Shown here in pieces: positions 52,481 to 60,918 of a stretch of 64,000 nucleotides of DNA. The DNA comes from Spirochaeta sp. UBA5339. Its GTDB lineage: Bacteria; Spirochaetota; Spirochaetia; DSM-2461. The notes below the pieces were generated by a model, which saw only the letters and a list, made by a program, of their open reading frames with translations, was not told where the DNA came from and made no database searches. Where the stretch lies: NCBI GenBank assembly GCA_002408085.1, contig DHQL01000013.1:100711-164710 (forward strand), written 5' to 3'. Every line of letters starts with the position of its first letter. Position 1 is the first letter of the stretch. A program made the translations under genes and the position numbers.

Positions 52481-52509
52481 CATGTTAGATCATTTTCAGA
52501 TCAAAGCTT

Positions 52510-53553
52510 TTACCAGAGAATATGCTTATATGAAAGTGCCAGTCTGTGAATCCTGATATAGTCATCTTCATACTCTCTGTTTCTGAAGTAGTTGTAGTAG
52601 ATGGTATCTTCGGTGTACTTCTTCTGGTTCTCCAACTGAAGCAGGATGGTCAGGCTGTTCTTCTCGTTGAAGGACAGATTGACCACAGGACCGAATTTGA
52701 CATGAACCCATGCGGAGTTCCAGTCGGCTGTATCATCCTTGGATATATCCGCGGCACGGCCGACACGCTGTGTTGTCTCAACCAGAAATCCCACGGTGTC
52801 CACCATCTTGGGCATCTGGTATCCCAGAAGGTAGGTTCCCTGATAGAGAAGGCCGTTGAAGTTCTCTCCCTTGTCGGCCTTCCACTGCCAGGCGTCATCG
52901 TTGCCGGCGGCGGTAAAGTTGATGTAGTTGAACTTTGCGTCGGCCACCATTACAACATGGTTCCACTCACCGGGCCAGATGGCGGCAAAGTCAAACTGAA
53001 AGGTACCGCTGGCCCAGGTTTCCATGGCTACACCGGGGAAGGCCTTCTGTTCGGGTTTTCCTGTACCGTCGTTGTTCAGACCGATACCGTTGAATCCCAG
53101 ACCATACCATCCTGTTCCGATGGAGTAGCCGGCGCTGAAGTTCAGAAAGGCGATGGGCTCAATGGTGGCGCTTGTTTCAATATACGCAACAACAGGAGCG
53201 ATGTATCCCTTCATCTGAAAGCTTACATTATTGTTGCTTGTGAGAGGACCTGATCCCTGAAGAAAGGGGAGGGTTACCTTGTGTCCCGCATAGAGCTGCA
53301 GCTCTATGGCGCCCCATCCGGAACCTAGCTCGCGGCCGGGGTCGTCACCGATGGCTGTGTAATCGGAAGGCAGAGAAGTAGGACTGTAGGTGGGGAGCTC
53401 GAATTTATCACCATTCTGCCCCTCATTGCTGTCGAGGTAGTAGGCGAACTCTGCGCCCCAGAATGTCTGGTGGGTGATTCCATCAACTGCGGAAACCGCA
53501 GAGATGCTGAAGACGGCAAGAAGCAGGGCTATTAAATACTTTTTCAAAATCAC
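52510..53553 (-). CDS. Putative outer-membrane beta-barrel protein
   Basis: Signal peptide; aromatic/Gly-rich amphipathic strands; C-terminal ALSYKHILW. Confidence 0.7.
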   Translation of the reverse strand: MILKKYLIALLLAVFSISAVSAVDGITHQTFWGAEFAYYLDSNEGQNGDKFELPTYSPTSLPSDYTAIGDDPGRELGSGWGAIELQLYAGHKVTLPFLQGSGPLTSNNNVSFQMKGYIAPVVAYIETSATIEPIAFLNFSAGYSIGTGWYGLGFNGIGLNNDGTGKPEQKAFPGVAMETWASGTFQFDFAAIWPGEWNHVVMVADAKFNYINFTAAGNDDAWQWKADKGENFNGLLYQGTYLLGYQMPKMVDTVGFLVETTQRVGRAADISKDDTADWNSAWVHVKFGPVVNLSFNEKNSLTILLQLENQKKYTEDTIYYNYFRNREYEDDYIRIHRLALSYKHILW

Positions 53554-53685
53554 TCTCTCTTGTGTGTAAAATATGTGTAGGTTAAGTGTAGAAAAGTTGT
53601 GTTTATGATATACCGAAAGAGCAGAGAGGTAAATCGAATTTCATGAAATAGATGTTAAAGAGGACCGCCCGGGCGGTCCGGAGAG

Positions 53686-53850
53686 TCAGTCTTTCCAGTC
53701 TACAAGGATCTTTTCACTGCCCATCTTCTCCCTGGCCAGTGCCGCCAGGTTCAGCAGTTCCTTCTTGCAGCAGTCAATGGTTTTGCCCTCATTAAGACGT
53801 TTTGTCAGTTCATCGGCGAATTCCCTGACGGTGATCAATTTCTCAGACAT
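53686..53850 (-). CDS. 54-aa small protein with a CC motif (absent from the ORF track)
   Basis: AAGGA SD; MSEKLITVREFADELTKRLNEGKTIDCCKKELLNLAALAREKMGSEKILVDWKD*; perfect palindrome GGACCGCCCGGGCGGTCC at 53662-53679 just downstream. Confidence 0.7.
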   Translation of the reverse strand: MSEKLITVREFADELTKRLNEGKTIDCCKKELLNLAALAREKMGSEKILVDWKD

Positions 53851-54014
53851 AGGTTTCCATCCTTTATTGAAATCTGGTTTAATTTTAACACATGCTGTTC
53901 ACCCCTTCCAAATTTTATTATCATGGAACCATGCTTTGTCCTCAATGCCTCTCGGATAAGGGCTGTTCCTGTCTGACTGATGAACGCTCGCCTCTCAAAA
54001 ATGAGAGAACAAGA

Positions 54015-54611
54015 ATGATCTCAAACTACTATGAACCCCTTCTTGAAGAGGGACATGAAGAGTTCGAGAGGCTGGGATGGGAAAGTGCTGCGGCTCAAAA
54101 CCGCCGCTATGATATTATGCTGGAGACAGTCGGCTTTGACGGCATGTCCCTCCTTGATGTGGGCTGCGGTTTGGGAAGTCTGATGACGGCGGTAAAAAAC
54201 AGGGGATGGAAGACCGAATACCGGGGGATCGACCTTATGCCTGAGATGGTGGAAGAGGCCAGGGAGAAACATCCGGAACAGGAGTGGCACTGCGGTGATC
54301 TCTTCTCGGAAAACCCCTTTAATCAGGAAAGCTTCGATATTGTCTATGCCTCGGGAATCTTCAATCTGGACCTCGGCAACAATCTGGATTTTCTGGATAA
54401 AGCCCTCGGATGTTTTAGCTCTCTGGCGAAGTCTCATATCTGTTTTAATCTGCTCAGTGAGCATTCCATGGACAAGGAAGATGGGTATTTCTACTACAGA
54501 GAAGTTGATGTCCGCAGGGTTATAGCCCGAAATCCGGAGCTGGAGCAGGGGAGGCTCAGAATTGAACACTCCTACCTGCCCAACGATATGACGGTTATTA
54601 TTTCACTGTAA
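54015..54611 (+). CDS. Class I SAM-dependent methyltransferase
   Basis: LGWES..Q..R, LLDVGCGLG, YRGIDL, FDIVYASGIFN; start uncertain. Confidence 0.85.
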   Translation: MISNYYEPLLEEGHEEFERLGWESAAAQNRRYDIMLETVGFDGMSLLDVGCGLGSLMTAVKNRGWKTEYRGIDLMPEMVEEAREKHPEQEWHCGDLFSENPFNQESFDIVYASGIFNLDLGNNLDFLDKALGCFSSLAKSHICFNLLSEHSMDKEDGYFYYREVDVRRVIARNPELEQGRLRIEHSYLPNDMTVIISL

Positions 54612-54616
54612 AATAT

Positions 54617-56230
54617 CTATCTGAAACGGTTCATAATATAGTCGGTAACCTCTTTCAGGCTGCTGATCTGCCGTGAGGAATTTCCCGACCGGACAAAGAA
54701 TTTCTCGGTTTTGCCGCTTCCCTTCTCATTGCTGACAAGATAGAGAGGCTCTTCTCCCTTTCTTATCTGGATTCTGCAGATCTCTTTACCATTTATCTCG
54801 GGGAAATCCACCTTGATATTGCTTACAGGATAGGCCACTCCGAACATATTCGACAACAGGGTTCTCAGGTGCAGCTCGTAATAGTCCTTTCCCGGTTCCT
54901 TGAGACAGTCGTAGTCTTTATCAAGACCAAGTATTTCACCGTCATCCTTAACTCCGATCAGCAGAGTTCCGCCGTCGCTGTTGCTGAAGGCGGAGATGGA
55001 TTTCATGATCACCTGCTCCATCACCTTACTGGGAGTCTCCTCCCGGTAGTCCCAGCGCATGGATGACTTGAACTCGCAGTAGAGGTTCTCCCCCAGCAGG
55101 ATCTGCTGCTTTACCTTCTCCTCCTCCGAGATGATAAGCTGCTTCTGAATTACCTTTCTGTAGTCGTTGAACAGGAGAAAAAAGTATCCTGTTATCAGGG
55201 CGGATACCAGGGCGAAGATGACCAGCAGGGGACTCTGGAGCCGGGAAAGAATCATACTGGACTCTGGAGTATATCCGCCCATTATAATGGAAGAGTCCAA
55301 CAGATTTACCTTTGAGTACTGGATCCACCAGGAGCTGTTTTCAAGCATAATCCGGGTCACATCGCCGGGAGGATTCGAGGGATCGCTTCCCAGATCATAG
55401 ATGTTTTTGATAATTGCAGCGTCCAGAGGATCCTTGTTGGGCTCAAGCTCTTCGGGAATCTCACCGGGGCTTCTTCTTACATTCATCAGATCCTTGATGG
55501 CGTAGGAGACGTAGTCTTCCTCATTTAGAATGACAAAAACCACTGTGTCCTCGTTCACCGAGTACTCGGAAACAGTCTCCGCCAGCTGCTGCAGGGAGTA
55601 GTCAATCCACATTTCCAGATAGTTCTCACTGTTGCTGTAGAGGCGGTAATAGATGGTTATGCCTTCCTGGTTCTGATTGGGGAGTGTGTAGCTCTCACTA
55701 AGCCTCAGAGGGCTGAACTGCCTTGACAGGGCGGGATTAATATAATCCTGTAGGCTTGCATAGTTCATGCCGGCCTCCTCTCGGAGGGTTGTCAGAGAGT
55801 CTTCAGACTCACTGTCAGTTAAATAGACATCTACCGTATTGTCTTCTTCTCTGACAACATTCAGTTCCCTCCCGCTGCTGTCCTTCAGTGTCAGGGAGCT
55901 GACCATATTTTCGTTTCTTACAAGAAACCCGAGGTTCTCTCTATAGCTTTCCGGGTCTCCCAGACTGTCAATGCCGCCAAGCTGGACCCAGAGGGCGGAG
56001 ATCTTATATGTGGTAAGGATGGGCTCGTATATTCTGTTGATTGCCTGAATGGTCATTCGGGAATCGTTGGTGAATATCTGCTGAGCCAGAGACCTCTGCA
56101 TTTGACTGCTGCTGATATAGACAATAAGGCTGATCATCAAAAGGAGAAATACTCCCGGTACGCTGCTCTTCCAGATAAGCTGACGGTGGGTGGGACCTTT
56201 TCTCCAGTTGAATCTGATTCTGCTGTTCAA
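54617..56230 (-). CDS. Transmembrane sensor (TM, Cache-like periplasmic domain, TM) fused to a cytoplasmic Schlafen/AlbA_2 domain
   Basis: TM1 at about aa 23-42, TM2 at about aa 334-354; C-terminus GENLYCEFKSS, AFSNSDGGTLLIGVKDDG.ILG, FFVRSGNSS; TTG start with AGGAG SD. Confidence 0.85.
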   Translation of the reverse strand: MNSRIRFNWRKGPTHRQLIWKSSVPGVFLLLMISLIVYISSSQMQRSLAQQIFTNDSRMTIQAINRIYEPILTTYKISALWVQLGGIDSLGDPESYRENLGFLVRNENMVSSLTLKDSSGRELNVVREEDNTVDVYLTDSESEDSLTTLREEAGMNYASLQDYINPALSRQFSPLRLSESYTLPNQNQEGITIYYRLYSNSENYLEMWIDYSLQQLAETVSEYSVNEDTVVFVILNEEDYVSYAIKDLMNVRRSPGEIPEELEPNKDPLDAAIIKNIYDLGSDPSNPPGDVTRIMLENSSWWIQYSKVNLLDSSIIMGGYTPESSMILSRLQSPLLVIFALVSALITGYFFLLFNDYRKVIQKQLIISEEEKVKQQILLGENLYCEFKSSMRWDYREETPSKVMEQVIMKSISAFSNSDGGTLLIGVKDDGEILGLDKDYDCLKEPGKDYYELHLRTLLSNMFGVAYPVSNIKVDFPEINGKEICRIQIRKGEEPLYLVSNEKGSGKTEKFFVRSGNSSRQISSLKEVTDYIMNRFR

Positions 56231-56293
56231 ATAGTTCTCCTGTCTTCTATTATGCTTCTTAAATCAATCTCGGGATACGGGGGATACAGAAAA

Positions 56294-56905
56294 TCATGCT
56301 GTGTAGCTTTCCGGTTTCGCCAGGTGGGCTTCGGGGTGGATCACCTCTTTCAGGACTTTCTTTTCATACTTCAGAAGGGTTCCAGGGTGGAGATAGGGTT
56401 CGTCCCATAGCTTTTCGATGGGTCTGGATTCCAGAATCTTTGTAATCATTTTGATAATCACCGTATGGGTCACAAGAAGGACGGGACCCTGGTCTTTTGA
56501 AATCCGGTCAAGGAATTCTCTTACCCGTTTCTCCAGGTTATCCATGGACTCGGCACCCTCCAGGGTAAACTCCCCGGGATTGTTCCAGAAACGGTTCTGT
56601 GCTTCCGTTTCCTCCTCGTTCAGGTCGCTGTGGGTCTTGCCCTGCAGAAGTCCCAGGGATACCTCTTTGAGACCGTCATCATAAACAGTCTTGTCCGTTG
56701 AGGGATTCAGTATTTCAAGGGTCTGTCTGGTCCTTCCCAGAGGGCTGCAGTAGACCGCCGAGAAGTGCAGGTCTTTGAGTCTCTCTCTCTGGATTTCGGT
56801 TCGCCGGATTCCGGTTTCTGTTAAAGGAGAGTCCAGCTGTCCCTGATAGCGTTTCTCGCTGTTCCAGATGGTCTCTCCATGTCTCATAATGTACAGATTG
56901 CTCAT
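56294..56905 (-). CDS. Histidine phosphatase (phosphoglycerate mutase-like) family
   Basis: RHGETIWN, QGQLDSPLT, SPLGRTRQT, LKE, GAES, LLVTH. Confidence 0.9.
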   Translation of the reverse strand: MSNLYIMRHGETIWNSEKRYQGQLDSPLTETGIRRTEIQRERLKDLHFSAVYCSPLGRTRQTLEILNPSTDKTVYDDGLKEVSLGLLQGKTHSDLNEEETEAQNRFWNNPGEFTLEGAESMDNLEKRVREFLDRISKDQGPVLLVTHTVIIKMITKILESRPIEKLWDEPYLHPGTLLKYEKKVLKEVIHPEAHLAKPESYTA

Positions 56906-56988
56906 GGAGACCATTCTGACAAATTCCGTGATAAAAAAATAGACTCTTTTTCTTGTACTGTGAATATTCAGAAACTAATATTAAATGT

Positions 56989-58155
56989 ATGTTTTTCAGA
57001 ACGAATAAGCAGAGCCTCCGTGAAGAGTATCTGGATAAACTGCTGGCAGATCAGAATGTTCATAACTATAAGCATATGAATGATGTCTCCCTGCTGATGG
57101 TGTTCCTTTCCGCCCTTATGCTGCTGCAGCATGTTTATTTTCCACAGAAGGGTGAGCTTCCCGAGTATGCCAGATCCTACATCTTTATCTATGGATCTCT
57201 GATCGTTCTGGGAATTGTTTTTATTATATCCAAAGCAGTAATCGGCAGAACGAAGATCAGATTCCCTGAAATAGTGAAAAAGAGGATGATGCTCCTCTAT
57301 CTCTATCTGCTTTCGGTCTTTTTTGTTGGTCTAACTTATGTTGACCTTCACTTCACAATGGATCTTTCGGGCTTTATTATTGTCATCCTCTTTCTCAGTA
57401 CCATGATCTGGCAGGGAGCCCTTGAATTTTCACTGGTATCGGGATTTGCCCTTCTGATGCTTTATCTCTCTTTTCAGCTTATTGCGCCCTATAAACAGAT
57501 GCAGTTTCAGCACTATGTTCAGGGCCTTGTCTATTATGCACTGAGTATGGTCCTCTTCAGAAGCCTTTCGGGCATTAGAATGGAGAACTTCCTTAACAGA
57601 ATCAATCTTGAGGGACAGTACCGGATGCTGGAAACAGAGAGCGCCACTGACCCTCTGACAGGACTCTACAACAGAAGGTATATGAAAGAGGAGCTTCAGA
57701 AGGAGCTCTCCCGCAGCGAACGTTCGGGACACTGTTTCAGTATAGTTCTTCTTGATATGGATCATTTTAAGAAAATCAACGACAGTTACGGCCATGTAAC
57801 GGGAGATGAAGTTCTCAGAGAACTGGCCCGGATTTTGAGAGAGGCTGTCAGACTTTCAGACAAGGTCTTTCGATTCGGAGGAGAGGAATTCCTGATTCTC
57901 CTTCCCGACAGCAAAGGGGAGGACGCCTTCACCCAGGCAGAGAGAATCAGAGAGAAGGTTGAGAACTTCCCCTTTACAGGTCTCCGCCGAAAAACCACCA
58001 TAAGCATCGGCATCGCTCAGAGCGGAGAGGACTGCACCCTTGAATATCTGATCCATCAGGCCGACAAGGGGCTCTATACGGCCAAGAAGAAGGGCCGGAA
58101 CCGGGTCGTCTGGCTTGGTGAAACCGGAGTGAAAGGCTCCTGTGATGAGGACTAG
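56989..58155 (+). CDS. Membrane-bound diguanylate cyclase (about 6 TM plus GGEEF)
   Basis: TDPLTGLYNRR, DMDHFKKINDSYGHVTGD, RxxD I-site RLSD, RFGGEEF. Confidence 0.9.
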   Translation: MFFRTNKQSLREEYLDKLLADQNVHNYKHMNDVSLLMVFLSALMLLQHVYFPQKGELPEYARSYIFIYGSLIVLGIVFIISKAVIGRTKIRFPEIVKKRMMLLYLYLLSVFFVGLTYVDLHFTMDLSGFIIVILFLSTMIWQGALEFSLVSGFALLMLYLSFQLIAPYKQMQFQHYVQGLVYYALSMVLFRSLSGIRMENFLNRINLEGQYRMLETESATDPLTGLYNRRYMKEELQKELSRSERSGHCFSIVLLDMDHFKKINDSYGHVTGDEVLRELARILREAVRLSDKVFRFGGEEFLILLPDSKGEDAFTQAERIREKVENFPFTGLRRKTTISIGIAQSGEDCTLEYLIHQADKGLYTAKKKGRNRVVWLGETGVKGSCDED

Positions 58156-59372
58156 AGTCTCTCTTTCATCTCATTTATCACCTGAAAAACCTGATGATCC
58201 TCGGGGAATACTCTGGCATACTCCGCTTCAGCCTCAGTAAATGACTTTCTCGAGGCTTCTCTGTCTTCCAGATAGAACTCTGTCAGCCCCTGATGGAATA
58301 AGATGTTTCCCAAAATTTCAGGTCTGCCTCTGTATACGGCCTTTACAGTTTCGAAGAAGGGGAGGAGCTGTTCCAGTTTTCCGAAATCGTAGAAGTATTG
58401 CACAATGGTTCTGAAGTTTTCGGGATTGTCCGGGTACAGGTCAAGGAGCCTGGACGAGGCGGCTCTGGCGCCGTCGTAGTCCTCCATACTGAGTGAAAGG
58501 CGGATCAGGCGGTCCGGGAAGCGGTAATCTTCAGGTGATACTTCCATTCCCCTGATCAGGCTGGTTACGGCACCGTCGGCATTCTGCATATAGAGCAGAA
58601 TTGAGGATTTCAGAAAGACGGCATTGGCCATCTCAGGTCCCTCATTAAGAAGCCCCAGGGTCTTTTCTGTATAATCCAGAGCATCAGCATAGAGCTGCAG
58701 GTTGAGACTGGCCAGACCCAGGTTGTAGTAGTACTCGGGATTGCTTTCATCGTATGCAAGGGCCTTTTTCAGGTCCTCCACGGCTCCGTTCCACTCGCCG
58801 GCCATCAGTTCGCAGTAGGCTTTTCTGGCAAGCACAGCCTCAGATTCCATCCCCAGGGAGAGGGCCTTTTCATAGGCTTCAATAGCCAGTGCGCTGCTTT
58901 CGGAGGCTGGCTTTGCCCACTGATCCCCGTAGATGGTCAAGACCTGGTAGTAGTACTCCCCAAGCCACTTCCATGCTTCACCGTTTTCCGGATTGTTCTC
59001 CAGAATCATATTCAGGGCACCGGCTGGGTCATAGAGCTTCAGGTCAGGGGTTTCGTCGGTTCCCTGCCGTATATCCAGAAGAGTCTCTCCCTCTTTAAGG
59101 TCATCGAAGGAGAAGAGCTGGTGACCGCTTGTCTTTGAGTAATAAAGGAGGGCCAGTCTGGTCTTCTTGATTATAAAGTCTTCCAGTTCCACCTCGTCGG
59201 CCCTGTCATGAAGGAGGGTCCAGGCCGACAGGTACTGCCCATCTGAAGTCAGACGGTCTACCTCTTTCAGAACACTGTCCGAAGCAACAGTGTCCGGTGT
59301 GTCTGCCGGCAGGGAGATCAGAACGGTAAGGAGAAGGATAAGAGCTGAGATGAGAGACTTGCGGTTTTTCAT
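58152..59372 (-). CDS. Secreted tetratricopeptide repeat protein
   Basis: Signal peptide; TPRs (AWKWLGEYY, YYYNLGLA..L..YADAL). Confidence 0.8.
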   Translation of the reverse strand: MKNRKSLISALILLLTVLISLPADTPDTVASDSVLKEVDRLTSDGQYLSAWTLLHDRADEVELEDFIIKKTRLALLYYSKTSGHQLFSFDDLKEGETLLDIRQGTDETPDLKLYDPAGALNMILENNPENGEAWKWLGEYYYQVLTIYGDQWAKPASESSALAIEAYEKALSLGMESEAVLARKAYCELMAGEWNGAVEDLKKALAYDESNPEYYYNLGLASLNLQLYADALDYTEKTLGLLNEGPEMANAVFLKSSILLYMQNADGAVTSLIRGMEVSPEDYRFPDRLIRLSLSMEDYDGARAASSRLLDLYPDNPENFRTIVQYFYDFGKLEQLLPFFETVKAVYRGRPEILGNILFHQGLTEFYLEDREASRKSFTEAEAEYARVFPEDHQVFQVINEMKERL

Positions 59373-59514
59373 GGAGAACCTCGGTGATATAAAATCGGCC
59401 GTCCCTTCCGGAGAACAGGAGCAGCGGGCTTACAGTATAGCCCTTCCGGCTTGACAAGTCATCAGGTATACTGTTCTGATAAGCTTCAATTTAAGGGATC
59501 AGGCGGCAAACAGT

Positions 59515-60495
59515 ATGGCAGGAAAATCAGGTGATTTTGATTCACTGGAACCATCTTCAGTTATCGATGCGGTGGAAAGGGAGAGCGGACTCTCTCTGAG
59601 TCCGATGGTTCAGCCCCTTCCCAGCTACATCAACAGAGTCTATGAACTGCGGGATGATGAGGATAGGCGCTATGTGGTGAAATTCTACCGCCCTGGACGC
59701 TGGAGCGAGGAGGGTATCCGTCAGGAGCATGACTATATGGAGGAGTGCCATGAAATGGATATTCCTCTTGCCCTCCCTGAAATACTGAAAGGTGACGACA
59801 CTCTTGGACAGACTCCTGAAGGCATCTACTTTGCCCTCTATCCCCATATGAGCGGCCGTCTCTGGGAGTTTCTTGATGATGAGGAGCAGTGGTACCGCCT
59901 GGGACAGCTTCTCGGACGCCTTCATACCGCCGGCAGACGGGACGAGGCCCCCGACAGACCGGTGATTCATCCTGAAAAGAGTTTTCTTAAGGACTGCAGT
60001 GAGATTCTGGAGTCCGGATGGCTCCCTGCCGGAAGAAGCAGTGATTTTGAGAAGCTCTTTGACTCAATCAGCAGCCGGATCACTCCTTTGTTCAGGGATG
60101 TTCCTCTTCATAGAATCCACGGAGACTTTCACAGCGGTAATATTCTGGATCGTATGGATCAGGGGCTGATGGTAATCGACTTCGACGATATGGCCATGGG
60201 GCCGGCGGTGCAGGATTTCTGGCTTCTTCTTCCCGGTCATGCATCGTCCTGTAGAAGAGAATTCTTTCTGCTTCTCGATGGATACAGTGAGTTCTGCCCT
60301 CTCTCTTCCGATGCCATTGCCCTGATCGAACCCCTGCGGGCCATGCGCATGGTCTATTTTCTGGCCTGGTGCGGAAGGCAGAAGGATGACTACGGATTCC
60401 GCCGGAACTTTCCCGACTGGGGGAGCGATGCCTTCTGGGAGAGCGAGCTCAGGGATCTGCAGAACCAGTTTCAGGAAATCCTGGATTTTGAATAA
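59515..60495 (+). CDS. srkA: Ser/Thr stress kinase SrkA/RdoA (YihE) family
   Basis: SYINRVY, KFYRPGRWS, IHGDFHSGN, IDFDD...GPAVQD.W, IEPLRAMR. Confidence 0.88.
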   Translation: MAGKSGDFDSLEPSSVIDAVERESGLSLSPMVQPLPSYINRVYELRDDEDRRYVVKFYRPGRWSEEGIRQEHDYMEECHEMDIPLALPEILKGDDTLGQTPEGIYFALYPHMSGRLWEFLDDEEQWYRLGQLLGRLHTAGRRDEAPDRPVIHPEKSFLKDCSEILESGWLPAGRSSDFEKLFDSISSRITPLFRDVPLHRIHGDFHSGNILDRMDQGLMVIDFDDMAMGPAVQDFWLLLPGHASSCRREFFLLLDGYSEFCPLSSDAIALIEPLRAMRMVYFLAWCGRQKDDYGFRRNFPDWGSDAFWESELRDLQNQFQEILDFE

Positions 60496-60576
60496 AACGG
60501 GATGGGATTCTCTGTTTCCTTAAAAAGGAAGCTCCCGTTTCTTGACTTTTCCCCCTTCATTGATCATATTTGGTAC

Positions 60577-60893
60577 AAAGCCATGACGGAGACGAGTAAC
60601 CGGTCTCCCGGGTCAACAGAGAAGCGGTCCTTTGGCTGGAAGACCGCCGTCCCGGAATCGGAGAAAACCCCTCCTGAGCTGCTTCCCGAACCCTGTGTTC
60701 CGCCATACGGCCTGAGCTCTAGGAAGTAGACGAAGCCGTTATCCCGCGACAAGGGAGAGCTGAGAGCGCCGCCACGCACAGACACTGGCAGCGGCGAAGT
60801 AAGGTGGAACCGCGGAGAACCCTTTTGTTCTTCGTCCTTATGCTGAAATTTTTAGATTTTGGTAGCAGGACGGAGCATGAAAGGGTTTTTTTT
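60577..60893 (+). ncRNA. T-box riboswitch (Thr specifier ACC)
   Basis: Promoter TTGACT-N17-CATATT (60542-60570); stem I with AGTA/GAA loop-E, AGAGA and GCTGGA motifs; specifier ACC at 60667-60669; T-box AAGGTGGAACCGCG at 60801-60814; terminator ending in a T-run at 60886-60893. Confidence 0.88.
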
Positions 60894-60918
60894 CGTCCTG
60901 TGACGGAGGTTAATACTT

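Noticed and set aside
60502-60785. Short ORFs upstream of thrS
   Set aside because: Region is explained by the T-box leader
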